NCBI GenBank assembly: GCA_019058275.1
Contig: JAHLVW010000061.1
Span: 38,004 to 102,003, forward strand
Direction: 5' to 3'
DNA from: Candidatus Heimdallarchaeota archaeon
Lineage (GTDB): Archaea; Asgardarchaeota; Heimdallarchaeia; JABLTI01
Length of the DNA stretch: 64,000 nucleotides
Numbering within the stretch: position 1 is the stretch's first letter; every line of letters starts with the position of its first letter. The notes under the pieces were generated by a model. That model ran no database searches, was not told the origin of the DNA, and saw only the letters and a list, made by a program, of their open reading frames with translations. Below, in pieces: positions 48,915 through 59,909 of this stretch. A program made the position numbers and the translations under genes.

Positions 48915-51758
48915 TCAAATCGTTTTGATCCCTTTAATGGTATCTTTTCTAAAGATAATCCAAGATGTTAATGCAGCTGCTCCAATCGATGTGACGAATA
49001 ATAGCGAAAACGATAGAATTATTTGTACTGGTGGAAAAACTAACTCTACTGGAGGGAGAGTATTATCAACTGTTAGAATATCCATAAACATTGTTGCTGA
49101 ACCAATTGCTACAATAAACCCTATTATTGAGCCAAATAAGATTAGCGAAAGTGCTTCAGTTGTAAACATTGAAAAGAGTTGTTTTGGTGACATGCCTAGA
49201 GTTTTTAGCATAACAACTTCCATTTCATTCTCAATAGATTGTATTATGATCATTAATGAAATTGCAGCAACTGTGATAACTAGTGATGAAATAAACGCAG
49301 TATTGAGTGATCCATAAAGCATTGTATTTCTTAAGCTTCCTTCATAAGTACCCATCAAATCTTCTACACATTCAACATTCCTACCAATTGTTAATTCTAT
49401 TGCATCAGCAACCTCAGAAATCGAGTAACCATCTGCTACCTTTACTAACATATCTCCTTCGATATTCATATCATTGTATGCAAGATTGTTGACAAAATCA
49501 TAATTGCCTACAATCGTAAATCTATAGATTGTTGATTCAGGTCTTGGATATTCCACGAAAAATCTTGGGAAATACCTGTAAGTATCAACTATATCTAAAG
49601 TGTAGTTGAATTTCCCCTGTGCATATTTTTCGACAATAATGTCCATTTGTCCACCTTTTGCACTATTGACTTTGTCTAGTTCATCTTTTTGCATAAAGAC
49701 ATCAGTATAATTATCAATTTGTGAGAAGAATCTCAAAGCATCCTGCACTCCAAGATATTCTTTATCAAAGTACGCAGTTTTCGGAAATTCTTCGATATCT
49801 ATTCCTACTAGCAAATAGCCATATGTAATACTTCCATATGTTGCTACTTGACTCGTAAACGTCAAATATGTTCCTGAGCTTACTCCTTCAATAGCTAACA
49901 CTAGATCTTTCATGTCTTTGTTTTCAACTTTCACATTTTTTATTAGAATATCTGCTCCCAATTGATAATATGCTTGTTCTGAATCAAAATCTTGATACGA
50001 TTGAATTATGGTTACAGATGATATGATTAATGTGAATGTTAAGGTTACAAGCACTAATGAATGAATAACTGCCCCTCTTCTTCGCATACTTCTTTTAGCC
50101 GATAAGCTAAGTATCCCCAGTTTTGGAGATTTCCAACCAATCTTTGCTAGTAAGCTAATGAAGTAAGGATAGATTCTTGTTACCAGTAATATACTTCCAA
50201 GAACTAGGCAAATGGGAGCCGTTGTTCCGAAACCATAAGCAAATGAATATGCTTGACTTCCCTTAAGCTCTATTTTTACAATCAACCATAATACAATACC
50301 AAGTAGTATTAGAAATACATCAAGGTATGTTCGTTCCCAAGTTGGTTTTCTTTGAACTGTAGTTCCATAAGCTTCTATTGTTGAAATATTGCTTGTATCC
50401 CAGATATTTTTAGCATTTACGATGGTTGAAAAGATAAATGCAGCAGCAATTATTGTGTAAAATATAATCATACTTGTTGATGGAAAAACACTTATACCGC
50501 CAAAACTTAAGAAACCATTGCTTTTCATCATAAACCATGCAAATGGATAACCAATAATTACGCAAATTAACATAGCAACAACAGTAAATTCTACTACTTG
50601 AAATATTAGAAGGGAAAGTACTTCTTTTCTAGATGCTCCTCTCTGAAGCATACTTGAAACTTGTCTTTGTTGTCTCTTCTTCATTAAATTAGCAGAGTAA
50701 TTTGTTAATGATAATGCCATTCCTATTAGTGGAGTTATAAATAATAACCCAAATAACTGGAAGATTAGAAATTCTTCATTAAACTTCCTCAATTGCTCTA
50801 TTAGCTCAGGTTGTACTGTTAATTCAAAATTAGAATTTTCAAATGCTCGAAGAATTTCTTGACTTAATCTATTGAGCATTGCTATTTCACCTGCAATGTT
50901 AAAAGCATCTATTGTACTCAAATCAAAAGCCATACGACATATAAATGCTATATCACCTTGCAGATATTCAATCCTTGAAACGTAATTCATTACTCCCTTA
51001 TGAGTAGTTAAAATAAATTGATCTGTTAAATATTCATCAAGTGCTTTAAAGTCTTCATTTAAAATACCTTTATAATTTTCAAAATCCTCGCTTGCAATTA
51101 CACCAGTTACATTAACATAAGCTCCAGTTTTTATTTCACCATTCATACCATAAGGATAACTTAAAGTAGCATATGGATCAGGGGGAAGTGTTAATATTGG
51201 AACATAAACAGGAAAAGTACCCAATTTTGATAAGTTTGTACTTTCTATTATAGCTCTTTTTGCGACTACAACAACCTCATCTATTTTATGAGGAAGAGTT
51301 CCATTCAATAAGAGTGTCTCGAATATACTGAAATAATCAGGTGGCAATCCATATGTAGTAAAATCAGTTAAAATTTGCTCAGTACCATTAGTGTATCTTG
51401 GTCCCACATAAAGATAAGTACCTCTTTCTGAAATCCAATCTGTTCTTAATACTCTATCAGTTATTCCTATATTATCTAATACTGAATTAGTTATATTTAA
51501 TATCTCAGAAATTATTACATCTTCTCTATCAATAATATGTGTTAATGATATTTTGATAGTAAATTGTCTTGTAGGAGTTTCTTTATTAAAGGAAGTAAAG
51601 GCATCATATTGAAAACTATACATGAAAATTAATCCTTCTGAAATCATAGCAAGGCTGATTCCTAATCCAAGAAACATAACAACAGTATTTCGTCTGTTTA
51701 GTAGGAGCATTTTGTAAAAGATTTTTAGCCTTTCAAGGATTCTCATTATAATATTCAC
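48915..51758 (-). CDS. FtsX/MacB-like ABC transporter permease (two permease domains)
   Basis: RQRQVSSMLQRGAS and MLKTLGMS motifs, GADI, large extracellular loops. Confidence 0.85.
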   Translation of the reverse strand: MNIIMRILERLKIFYKMLLLNRRNTVVMFLGLGISLAMISEGLIFMYSFQYDAFTSFNKETPTRQFTIKISLTHIIDREDVIISEILNITNSVLDNIGITDRVLRTDWISERGTYLYVGPRYTNGTEQILTDFTTYGLPPDYFSIFETLLLNGTLPHKIDEVVVVAKRAIIESTNLSKLGTFPVYVPILTLPPDPYATLSYPYGMNGEIKTGAYVNVTGVIASEDFENYKGILNEDFKALDEYLTDQFILTTHKGVMNYVSRIEYLQGDIAFICRMAFDLSTIDAFNIAGEIAMLNRLSQEILRAFENSNFELTVQPELIEQLRKFNEEFLIFQLFGLLFITPLIGMALSLTNYSANLMKKRQQRQVSSMLQRGASRKEVLSLLIFQVVEFTVVAMLICVIIGYPFAWFMMKSNGFLSFGGISVFPSTSMIIFYTIIAAAFIFSTIVNAKNIWDTSNISTIEAYGTTVQRKPTWERTYLDVFLILLGIVLWLIVKIELKGSQAYSFAYGFGTTAPICLVLGSILLVTRIYPYFISLLAKIGWKSPKLGILSLSAKRSMRRRGAVIHSLVLVTLTFTLIISSVTIIQSYQDFDSEQAYYQLGADILIKNVKVENKDMKDLVLAIEGVSSGTYLTFTSQVATYGSITYGYLLVGIDIEEFPKTAYFDKEYLGVQDALRFFSQIDNYTDVFMQKDELDKVNSAKGGQMDIIVEKYAQGKFNYTLDIVDTYRYFPRFFVEYPRPESTIYRFTIVGNYDFVNNLAYNDMNIEGDMLVKVADGYSISEVADAIELTIGRNVECVEDLMGTYEGSLRNTMLYGSLNTAFISSLVITVAAISLMIIIQSIENEMEVVMLKTLGMSPKQLFSMFTTEALSLILFGSIIGFIVAIGSATMFMDILTVDNTLPPVELVFPPVQIILSFSLLFVTSIGAAALTSWIIFRKDTIKGIKTI

Positions 51759-52027
51759 CGAAATTTGCCAGATTTCATATATAATCCAAACTACCTATGC
51801 TTCTAATTTGATTACCTTTGTAGTATAAATTTGTTTGTTTTAAACTGGAAAGCATTGATTTTTTAAGAATATCACTGTAAATTTTTTAAGAAGATATTCT
51901 CTTTAAATTAAGTTAAAGAGACTTGAATAATGAGCACAAGTTGGTCAGATTTAACACAAATGCTAATTATTAGTGACCACACTATGATAAAAAGAAAATA
52001 AACAGTGTTTTCATATCAGAATGTGAA

Positions 52028-53416
52028 GTGAATATGATGTTTGATGTAATTCTGAAAGGTATAGAATACGGGAGAAATCTCAAAGTAGATTTCGTCGATG
52101 TTCGATATCAAGATAAATACATTGCAAATTACCAGTCTCGAGATGGTGAATTAACTGTCACTACTGGTTTTCGAAGAGGATTTAGCACAAGAGTACTTTT
52201 TGATGGTGCATTAGGGTTTGCTTCAACTACTTCAATAGAGCTTAAAGACCTAAAGTCAATAATTCAACAAGCAACGAAGTTAGCTAAAGGTGCAGCAGCT
52301 TCTAAGAAAGAGAAGATTACATTAGCAGATACAAAACCGTACCAAGATAAGGTTATCTCTCCAAGGATAAAGTCTCTTAAGGATATCTCTGTAACAGAGA
52401 AAATCAATATGATAAAAGAGGCAGAGAAAGTATACAAAGATTACAAAGAGATTAAGAGTTACAATTTAGGATATGATGAGATTATTGATCATCGTATTGT
52501 AGCAAATAGTGATGGAGCTCAAATAGAACAAAGAATTATGATACCTACAGTTCGTGCTCAGGGTGTAGCAACTCGAGAAACTAAAATAGTTCCCTACACA
52601 GAAGCTTGGAGCAAAACCAAAGGATTTGAACTAATTGACGAACATCCCCTCACTGAATTAGCTAAATTTGTTTCTGAATCAGCAATTAGAAATCTAGATG
52701 CATCATTACCTAAAGGTGGACTCACAAAAGTAGTTATAGATCATACTTCTGTAGGAATTATTGCTCATGAAGCTGTAGGTCATTGTAGCGAAGCAGATCT
52801 AGTTGAAGCTGGAAGTTTTCTAAAAGGCAAATTGAATAATAAAGTTTGTTCTGAATTAATTACTATAATTGATACTCCAGTTTTTGATGATGCTGCTGGA
52901 TGGTACATGTATGACGATGAAGGTACTAAAGGTAAAGAAGTAGAAATCATTAAAGATGGCATTTTAACAGGATACCTAAATGATCGATATTATGCTGCAA
53001 AAATGGGAATGGAACCAACAGGAAATGCACGAGCATTCAATTTCAACGATGAACCTCTTATACGAATGAGAAACACATACATCTCCCCAGGTGACATGAC
53101 AGATGAAGAATTATACGAAGCTGTTAAAGACGGTCTTTATGTAACTGGTATGATGAATGGTTCTGCTGATACATCTGGTGAATTCATGGTTGGAACAGGA
53201 CAAGCATATGAAATTAAAAATGGAAAACTAACTGACAAGGTTTTCATTGGTCCAACAATGACAGGTAATGCTTTTAAAATGCTTTCATCCACTCTTGGAG
53301 TAGGAAAGAAATTACAACTTAATATTGGAACTGGATTTTGTGGTAAAGAACAAGCTGCCAAAGTCGATGCTGGTGGAGGAAAACTAGCTTGCACTGTAAT
53401 CCTAGGAGGAAGGTAA
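52028..53416 (+). CDS. tldD: TldD metalloprotease
   Basis: HEAVGHCSEAD, YDDEG, TGNARA, PLIRMRNT, GFCGK. Confidence 0.92.
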   Translation: MNMMFDVILKGIEYGRNLKVDFVDVRYQDKYIANYQSRDGELTVTTGFRRGFSTRVLFDGALGFASTTSIELKDLKSIIQQATKLAKGAAASKKEKITLADTKPYQDKVISPRIKSLKDISVTEKINMIKEAEKVYKDYKEIKSYNLGYDEIIDHRIVANSDGAQIEQRIMIPTVRAQGVATRETKIVPYTEAWSKTKGFELIDEHPLTELAKFVSESAIRNLDASLPKGGLTKVVIDHTSVGIIAHEAVGHCSEADLVEAGSFLKGKLNNKVCSELITIIDTPVFDDAAGWYMYDDEGTKGKEVEIIKDGILTGYLNDRYYAAKMGMEPTGNARAFNFNDEPLIRMRNTYISPGDMTDEELYEAVKDGLYVTGMMNGSADTSGEFMVGTGQAYEIKNGKLTDKVFIGPTMTGNAFKMLSSTLGVGKKLQLNIGTGFCGKEQAAKVDAGGGKLACTVILGGR

Positions 53417-53417
53417 T

Positions 53418-54782
53418 ATGCTAGACGAAGCAATGAAAGTTGGTCATAAAGTTATCAAAGAAGCTAAGAAGAAGGGTATGGATGAAATTGAATTATTCAT
53501 CACCTATAATAATCAAAAACAAGTCATAATTAATGGTGTGAGCATAGGAACTCAAAGAGCCAGAAGTGAAATTGGTGCAGGTATAAGAGTCATCCACAAA
53601 GGAGCTGAAGGCTTTTCTTATACAAATATCATGACACTTGAATCCTTGAACAAAGTAGCTGCTGAAGCTTTTAGCGTTGCTAAACTGTCTCCAAAAATAG
53701 AAGGTTTAGCTTTAGCAACCAAGAAACCTTTTGAAAAGATAAATGGAACCTATAGTGAAGATATTGCTGATCTTGAAGCTGATGCATTAACAAAAGATGC
53801 TTTGGATTTCATAGCTGGTTATACGAGTATTGATGATAGAATAAAAACAGTTCTTAGCAGTATTACTGTTAATGTAAGCCAAACTGCTATTTTGAATTCA
53901 AATGGTGTTGAGCTTGAACGTAAAGCTGCAAACTATCAAGGTGATCTTTTATGCATTGCCAGTGATAAGGATAAAGCTGGAGGATACGTTTTTGATAACC
54001 TTTTCAGTCGAAAGCATGATCTTGATTTAAAAACAGCTGGAGAAAAACTTGGTAAAAGAGCCTTAGATGGCTTTAAACAAGAAACAATTAGTGCATTTGA
54101 AGGTTCAGTTATTTTCAAAGCACAAGCAATGTCAAATCCTGTCACCATTGTGTCTAGTTTAGCTGCTTCAGGTGACTGGAGGCAAAGAGGAATTTCCTTC
54201 TGGAAAGACAAATTAGCTGACAAAGTAGCTGATGAGAAATTCCAACTAGTTGATAAACCACACAATCTTGATGGTGGTGGTGGAGTCAAGCCATTTGATG
54301 ATGAAGGTAGCCCTACAAATGAACTTGAGATTGTTAAGGATGGTGTTTTACAAACATTTATGCACAATGTTAGAACAGCTAATAAGGAAAATCTTGAATC
54401 CACTGGTAATGCAACAAGAGCTTTTGGACCTCCTCCAAATTTCTCGCAGAAACCAACAAACATTTTACCAAATTCTCCATGGATCCTTGCTGGTGATATG
54501 AGCGAAGAAGAAATGATTCAAGAAACCAAGAAAGGTATCATTATTCATAACTATCAAGGAACAGTTAGATACCAAAATGGAATTTTCTCTGGTGTTGCTA
54601 AAGGTGCTCAGCTCATAGAGAATGGTGAGATTGTTAAACCCGTTACAGGAATTTCTATTTCTGGCAATGTTTTTGAGTTAATTAATAATATCAGTGGCAT
54701 TGGCAAAGAATACCATTTAGCTGGTGGTTGGTTAACAACACCATTTATGAGATTTGAAAATATCAAGATTTCAACAAAATAG
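53418..54782 (+). CDS. pmbA: TldE/PmbA
   Basis: TldD/PmbA fold without HExxH; PFDDEG, STGNA, ISGN; follows tldD. Confidence 0.88.
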   Translation: MLDEAMKVGHKVIKEAKKKGMDEIELFITYNNQKQVIINGVSIGTQRARSEIGAGIRVIHKGAEGFSYTNIMTLESLNKVAAEAFSVAKLSPKIEGLALATKKPFEKINGTYSEDIADLEADALTKDALDFIAGYTSIDDRIKTVLSSITVNVSQTAILNSNGVELERKAANYQGDLLCIASDKDKAGGYVFDNLFSRKHDLDLKTAGEKLGKRALDGFKQETISAFEGSVIFKAQAMSNPVTIVSSLAASGDWRQRGISFWKDKLADKVADEKFQLVDKPHNLDGGGGVKPFDDEGSPTNELEIVKDGVLQTFMHNVRTANKENLESTGNATRAFGPPPNFSQKPTNILPNSPWILAGDMSEEEMIQETKKGIIIHNYQGTVRYQNGIFSGVAKGAQLIENGEIVKPVTGISISGNVFELINNISGIGKEYHLAGGWLTTPFMRFENIKISTK

Positions 54783-54811
54783 GGAATTCTTTCCCTTTTT
54801 TCTTTTTATTT
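54781..54811 (+). terminator. Hairpin plus T tract after tldE
   Basis: AGGGAA/TTCCCT stem followed by TTTTTCTTTTTATTT. Confidence 0.6.
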
Positions 54812-54915
54812 GTTAATCTTTGTCTTCCTATCTCATGATTTTTACTTTGATTTCTCGACGAAAACTTAAATATATGTTATGAACATAACTTAATACCTCA
54901 AATTTCCAGAAGGGT

Positions 54916-55752
54916 TTGTGTATGGCAATTGTTGGGGCATTCATTCTTCCTCATGGAGCTATGATTCTTGATCCAAAGAAAAAGGGGATTCCTAAAGAAG
55001 CTATTAAACTTCACAAAGCAATGGTAGATGCTGCTAAAACTATTGAGAAGTTGAAACCTGAAATCATATTTCTCACATCACCACATAGTATTGCATTGTC
55101 AAATGACTTTGGAGTTTATCTTAATAAAAGTGGAAGTGGTAGTGCTGAATGGAATAACGAATATAAGGATTATATTGTGAAAGTTGATTTCGATGAGGAA
55201 ATTACAAATCAACTGCTTGAATATCTTACAGAAAAAGAGACTGCTGTAAGTGGTGTAGCAGCATTTACTCCTGGTGTAGATGCTCCTTTCCGTTGGGGTG
55301 AAGCAGTTCCATTATGGTTTTTGAAAGAACTCTCAACGAATCCAAAATATATTCTTATGTCTCAACCAATGAGAAGACATGACCAAACTAAAGAAATGAT
55401 TCCTGAAACACTTACTTTAGGAAATGATTTGCGTTTGTTTTTCGATTCTCTTAAGAAACGTATTGTTATTATTATTAGTGCTGATATGGGTCATACACAT
55501 GATAAAGAAGGTCCATATGGTTTTTCTGAAGATGCCAAACCCTTTGATGCACTTATGGAAGATTGGGCAAGAAAACTAGATAGGAATATTCTAGTTAAGA
55601 AAGCTGTTTCAAAACTGGATAAAGCATTATGCTGTGGTTACATTGGATTTGTTTTGCTTCAAGGTATATTGGAAAAAATGAATCTTGAGCCAGAAGTTAT
55701 TATTAGATCTACACCTACTTATTATGGAATGATGGTTGCTAAATATCTATAG
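54916..55752 (+). CDS. LigB/DODA/Memo-like (class III extradiol dioxygenase fold) protein
   Basis: ILPHG, TSPHS, WGEAVPL, ISADMGHTH, PTYYGM. Confidence 0.82.
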   Translation: MCMAIVGAFILPHGAMILDPKKKGIPKEAIKLHKAMVDAAKTIEKLKPEIIFLTSPHSIALSNDFGVYLNKSGSGSAEWNNEYKDYIVKVDFDEEITNQLLEYLTEKETAVSGVAAFTPGVDAPFRWGEAVPLWFLKELSTNPKYILMSQPMRRHDQTKEMIPETLTLGNDLRLFFDSLKKRIVIIISADMGHTHDKEGPYGFSEDAKPFDALMEDWARKLDRNILVKKAVSKLDKALCCGYIGFVLLQGILEKMNLEPEVIIRSTPTYYGMMVAKYL

Positions 55753-55791
55753 TTACAATTTTAGTGTAGTTATATGCTGAATAATGTTTTA

Positions 55792-56653
55792 TCAATAGTC
55801 TGGTAACGTATCTAGAAATTCAAGATCAACATAATTAGTTCTTTTTTTGCTAGCAATCAATCCATCTACAATATAGAAAATATTTAGCAGTAAAATGATT
55901 CCCAATTGAATTAATAAGTACAGATGAGGTTTTGTAGAAAATACTTCACCTAAGAGCTGAAATCTAGCTGACCGCTCAGGATAAACAATATCAAAGAAAG
56001 CTACATCAAAACAAACTGGTAACATGACAGCCCAAATGAGTAAATTAATTATCATACCAACAAGAACTCGAATTATATTTACTTTCATAACATTTTCATG
56101 ACGACGAAAACCAATTACTTTGCTACATCTTGAATAAAGCCAGTAAATACCTGTAAACATAGATAAAAGCATCAAAACAATAATGAAGGCATAAATGAAT
56201 GCTGCCCTGAGTTGTTGAGATATATCTTAAAGGAGATGAAGCACCAGAATTTTCATCTAAATATGTTTGTTCTAAATCATATGGAATACCACTTAGGTAA
56301 AGTATACCAAGTATTGCAGCTGAAATAACTAGCAATATAGTTCCATCTATCAATGAATATAGAAATTTACCTTTGATATCTTTATTTCTAACTGATGTAT
56401 TCTGCCAATTTTTTGTTGTTTCTTCATCACCTACCATTAATATAATTGCTGATATGAAGAACATAAAGCAAATTACATATTTTAAAGAACTAAGAAAGAA
56501 GAAGAAAGCATTAAAAAAACCTGAAAGAATGGCTATACTAAAAATCAAAATAAGAAAAAAGGTATAAAATCCAATTCTTCCTCTTAAGAGATGGTTTTTC
56601 CATGAATCTGTTTTTTGGATAATAAATCTTATCTGGCGTAACGATGATGTCAT
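55792..56653 (-). pseudogene. About 6-TM membrane protein, frameshifted at about 56210
   Basis: ORFs 56123..56653 and 55792..56175 join via RAAFIYAFIIVLMLLSMF if one base is removed. Confidence 0.7.
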
Positions 56654-56764
56654 TTTGAATATTTCCTTTTCATTTGAATATGCTTTTACTCTTGTGAATT
56701 TATTTAAATCTTTTTTATTTTTTTAATTCTCGAAAAAAAAAGAGAAGAGAGATTAGCCTACAAC

Positions 56765-57867
56765 TTAGTCATAATCTAACATATCTTCTACAAAACCTAG
56801 GATGTATGCTCCAGTTAGGGCCACAGCAATTACTATTCTAAGGAAAGTTCCTAAACCAGCAGCAGTAATATCTAAGAATATTTCTACCAATAATACTATG
56901 ACTCCAAGGCCAACATAAGACAGAATAACACAATTTCTCCTGCACTCATATTATTAATCACTGAAAGTGCAATTTCAAAGGCACCATAGATTGCTCCAAG
57001 TATATTCTCAGTTAATTCTTCGAATGACATGCATCCATCATTATAATAAGCAAATCTTATTATCAAGGTCATTAATCCAACTATAAAGAACTGTGCAGCT
57101 GCTTCTCTAAGGAAACTAAACTGATTATATGAGCAATATACTGACAGTACTATCTCTATCATTAAAACAAAGAGCATTATTAGCCAATAGCTTAGCTCAA
57201 TTCCACTCATTCTGAGAAAAACGAAACTTGACATAGCTTCCAATGCATCATAATCATCTGGTTCGTTGTAATTTGTTCCTCCACCTCCTCCACCGGGGTC
57301 TGGATCGAGAACAATTGGACCAAGAGGTTGATATTGAGTATCTCCTAGAATTAATGATAGATAATGGTTTGTTGCTTTAGTAATGATAGAATCTGATCCT
57401 GTTATTAGATAGGCTACTACTAAACCTCCTAATGTGGAATCAATCTCTCCATTAAAAGTAACAACGTCTTCCTCTGTTAGAGATGATTGTTGTACAATTT
57501 CATTTGAGTAACAAGAAAGTATAATATCGACAGCTGGAGTACTTGTTATCTCTTTTGAAAATTGAGTCTAAGATTGTCTTTCTTCATTAATAGTGATTCC
57601 TACTTCATCACCATGGCCAATCCAAACAAGTGGTTGAATAATTCTATGAGCCATCAAATGATATTTGAATGAACCATATTCAATAACACTAATTTCAGGG
57701 ATATTTTCCTGTAGTGTCTCACTTGCATTTATAATAGCATCATCTTTGTCAAGCTGTATAGCAACCATTCCAGGAACGAATGTTGAAAAAGCATGAATAA
57801 AGGGGATGCTCACCATCATAGCAATAATAAAGACTAATGTGATTTTCTTAGATTTAGTAAAATTCAC
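56765..57867 (-). pseudogene. Secreted protein: signal peptide, His/Cys protease-like module, poly-Gly linker, hydrophobic C-terminal domain (TAG at 57568 and frameshift at about 56923)
   Basis: Frame stays open after the TAG through DIILSCYS and DPDPGGGGGG into ORF 56896..57243; the shifted frame ends ...LDITAAGLGTFLRIVIAVALTGAYILGFVEDMLDYD*. Confidence 0.72.
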
Positions 57868-58015
57868 TTAATCACCCACTAATAATTCCTTTTCAAGAGA
57901 ATTATTAAATAACAAACAATCTGCGTCTTTTATATTAAGCTATTGTGAAGTCATTATCGTCGAGTAAGACCAAAAAATCAAACCATATCGTGATATCTGT
58001 AAACTGACAAAAATA

Positions 58016-58441
58016 CTATATTCTTCTTTTACCATAGCCTTCCATGTTATAGTATAATTGAGTTTGATACTTAATAGCTACTTTCTTCATTAACTTAGAG
58101 TAATCTGGATCGGGTAATTTCTTTAATGTAGTTATAATTTTGTTTGTTTTATTTAGAACAGGATCTAAATCAAGAAGTTTTCTTGCAATGTTTAATTCAT
58201 TTTTTTTATCAACCTTATTCATATCCATGTAATCTATTAATTCACAGATAATATGTGATTTATCTTTAATCTCATCATCAAAGAGAACCATAGTAAATTG
58301 TGCCAAAAATCTAGGATCATTATTTTTGATGATACCAGGATTTAAAATCAGCAATTTAGAAAGAAGTGAATAATATTCATTGTATTTTTCACCTATTACT
58401 ATATAACAAGCCTCTTCCAATTGCGTTTTTTCTTCCATCAA
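58016..58441 (-). CDS. Hypothetical protein
   Basis: 141-aa ORF with AGGGGT SD; no motif recognised. Confidence 0.65.
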   Translation of the reverse strand: MMEEKTQLEEACYIVIGEKYNEYYSLLSKLLILNPGIIKNNDPRFLAQFTMVLFDDEIKDKSHIICELIDYMDMNKVDKKNELNIARKLLDLDPVLNKTNKIITTLKKLPDPDYSKLMKKVAIKYQTQLYYNMEGYGKRRI

Positions 58442-58525
58442 AATACCCCTACGAATCTAACTTATATTAAGATGTAATGGGTAAATTAGCTATTTAAAAG
58501 TTGATAATAAAAAAAAGATGAGAAA

Positions 58526-59830
58526 TTAATATCTCATCAAATATTTATTTTTCTCCCATTCTGTAACTTGAAGTCGATATTCGTCCCATTCCTTTGTTTT
58601 TGCTCTTATATAGGAATCATACAAAGGATCTTCAAATACACCTTTTACTAGTTCTGATTCTTTAATGAACTGAGTTGCTTCCCAAAGACTGGTTGGCAAG
58701 TGATCAACTTTTAATGAAATCAAATCTTCACTTTCCATTTCATAGAGATTTTCTTGCCTTGGTGAAGGAACTTCTATGTTTTGTCTTATTCCTTCAAGAC
58801 CTGCTTCTAACATAACTGCTAAAGCTAAATAGGGATTGAACATCGGATCAGGAAATCTTAATTATGCCCTAACTGATGAACTACGATCTTTAGGTATTTG
58901 TGGAATCCTAATTAATGCAGAGCGATTTAGTTGAGCCCAACTAATATAAACTGGTGCTTCATACCCAGGAACAAGTCTTTTGTAGGAATTTACCGTTGGA
59001 GCTAGGACACCTACAATTTCCTTTGAATACCTTAACTGTCCTGCTATGAATTGTTTTGCTACATTGGAAAGCAACATATCATCATTTGAATCATAAAACG
59101 CATTCTTATCGTTATGAGTCCATAAAGATTGATGACAATGCATTCCACTTCCATTCAGACCAAAGAAAGGCTTAGGCATGAAACTAGCTACTAATCCATG
59201 CTGTCTTGCGACTGTTTGTATTAGTAATTTCATCATCATTATTCTATCAGCTGTTTTCATTGCTTCGCTGTATCTGAAATCTATCTCCTGTTGCCCTCTA
59301 GCAACTTCATGGTGTGCCATTTCACAAGAAATACTCATCTTTTTTGCTCCTACTAGAATAGCTCTTTTAACTTCAAAACCATTATCAAATGGCGAGCTAT
59401 CGAAATATCCTGCATGATCAATTGTTGTATAATGCTCATCTTTTTTCTTGAGTAGAAAGAACTCAAGCTCAGCTCCTACTTTGAAAATAAAACCCATATC
59501 TTCAGCTCGCTTACAGGCTCTTCTAAGAACATCTCTAGGATCACCCAAGAAAGGTTTATTCTGAGGAGTAAAAACATCACCCCATAAACAGGCAATTGTA
59601 TTTAACCATGGAAGCTCAACTAATGTATTAACGTCTGGTCGAAGATAAAGATCAGATTCATAAATACGAGTAAAGCCTTCTATTGATGAACCATCAAACC
59701 ATATTCCTTCTTCCGGATTATCTTTAATACTATCACTTGGAACAGTAACACTTTTCAGAACACCATGAATGTCGCTAAATTGAACTTGAATTGCTTCATA
59801 CTTTTCTAACTTCTCTTTTAACCCATTCAT
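58526..59830 (-). pseudogene. glnA: Type I glutamine synthetase with an in-frame TAA
   Basis: FDGSSIEG, ESD, ELEFFL, HHEV, FMPKP, GSGMHCHQS, NSYKRLVPGYEAP, NRSALIR; TAA at 58862-58864 replaces E of R-x-E-L-R-x-P-D and the frame continues LRFPDPMFNPYL. Confidence 0.93.
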
Positions 59831-59869
59831 AGACCAACAATCCTATAAACTTAACATTATGGAGATGAA

Positions 59870-59909
59870 AATGCACATTTATTGCAAAAATGGTTTATTA
59901 TTTGCAATA
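59870..59909. promoter_or_regulatory. Candidate Lrp/AsnC operator in the glnA-lrp divergent promoter
   Basis: TATTGCAAA-N12-TTTGCAATA inverted repeat (59880-59909) plus an upstream TGCA half-site. Confidence 0.45.

Noticed and set aside
14222-58864. Stop-codon reassignment or pyrrolysine explaining the in-frame stops
   Set aside because: The four internal stops use three different codons and imply different residues, all three stops terminate normal genes in the window, and frameshifts co-occur in two of the same genes
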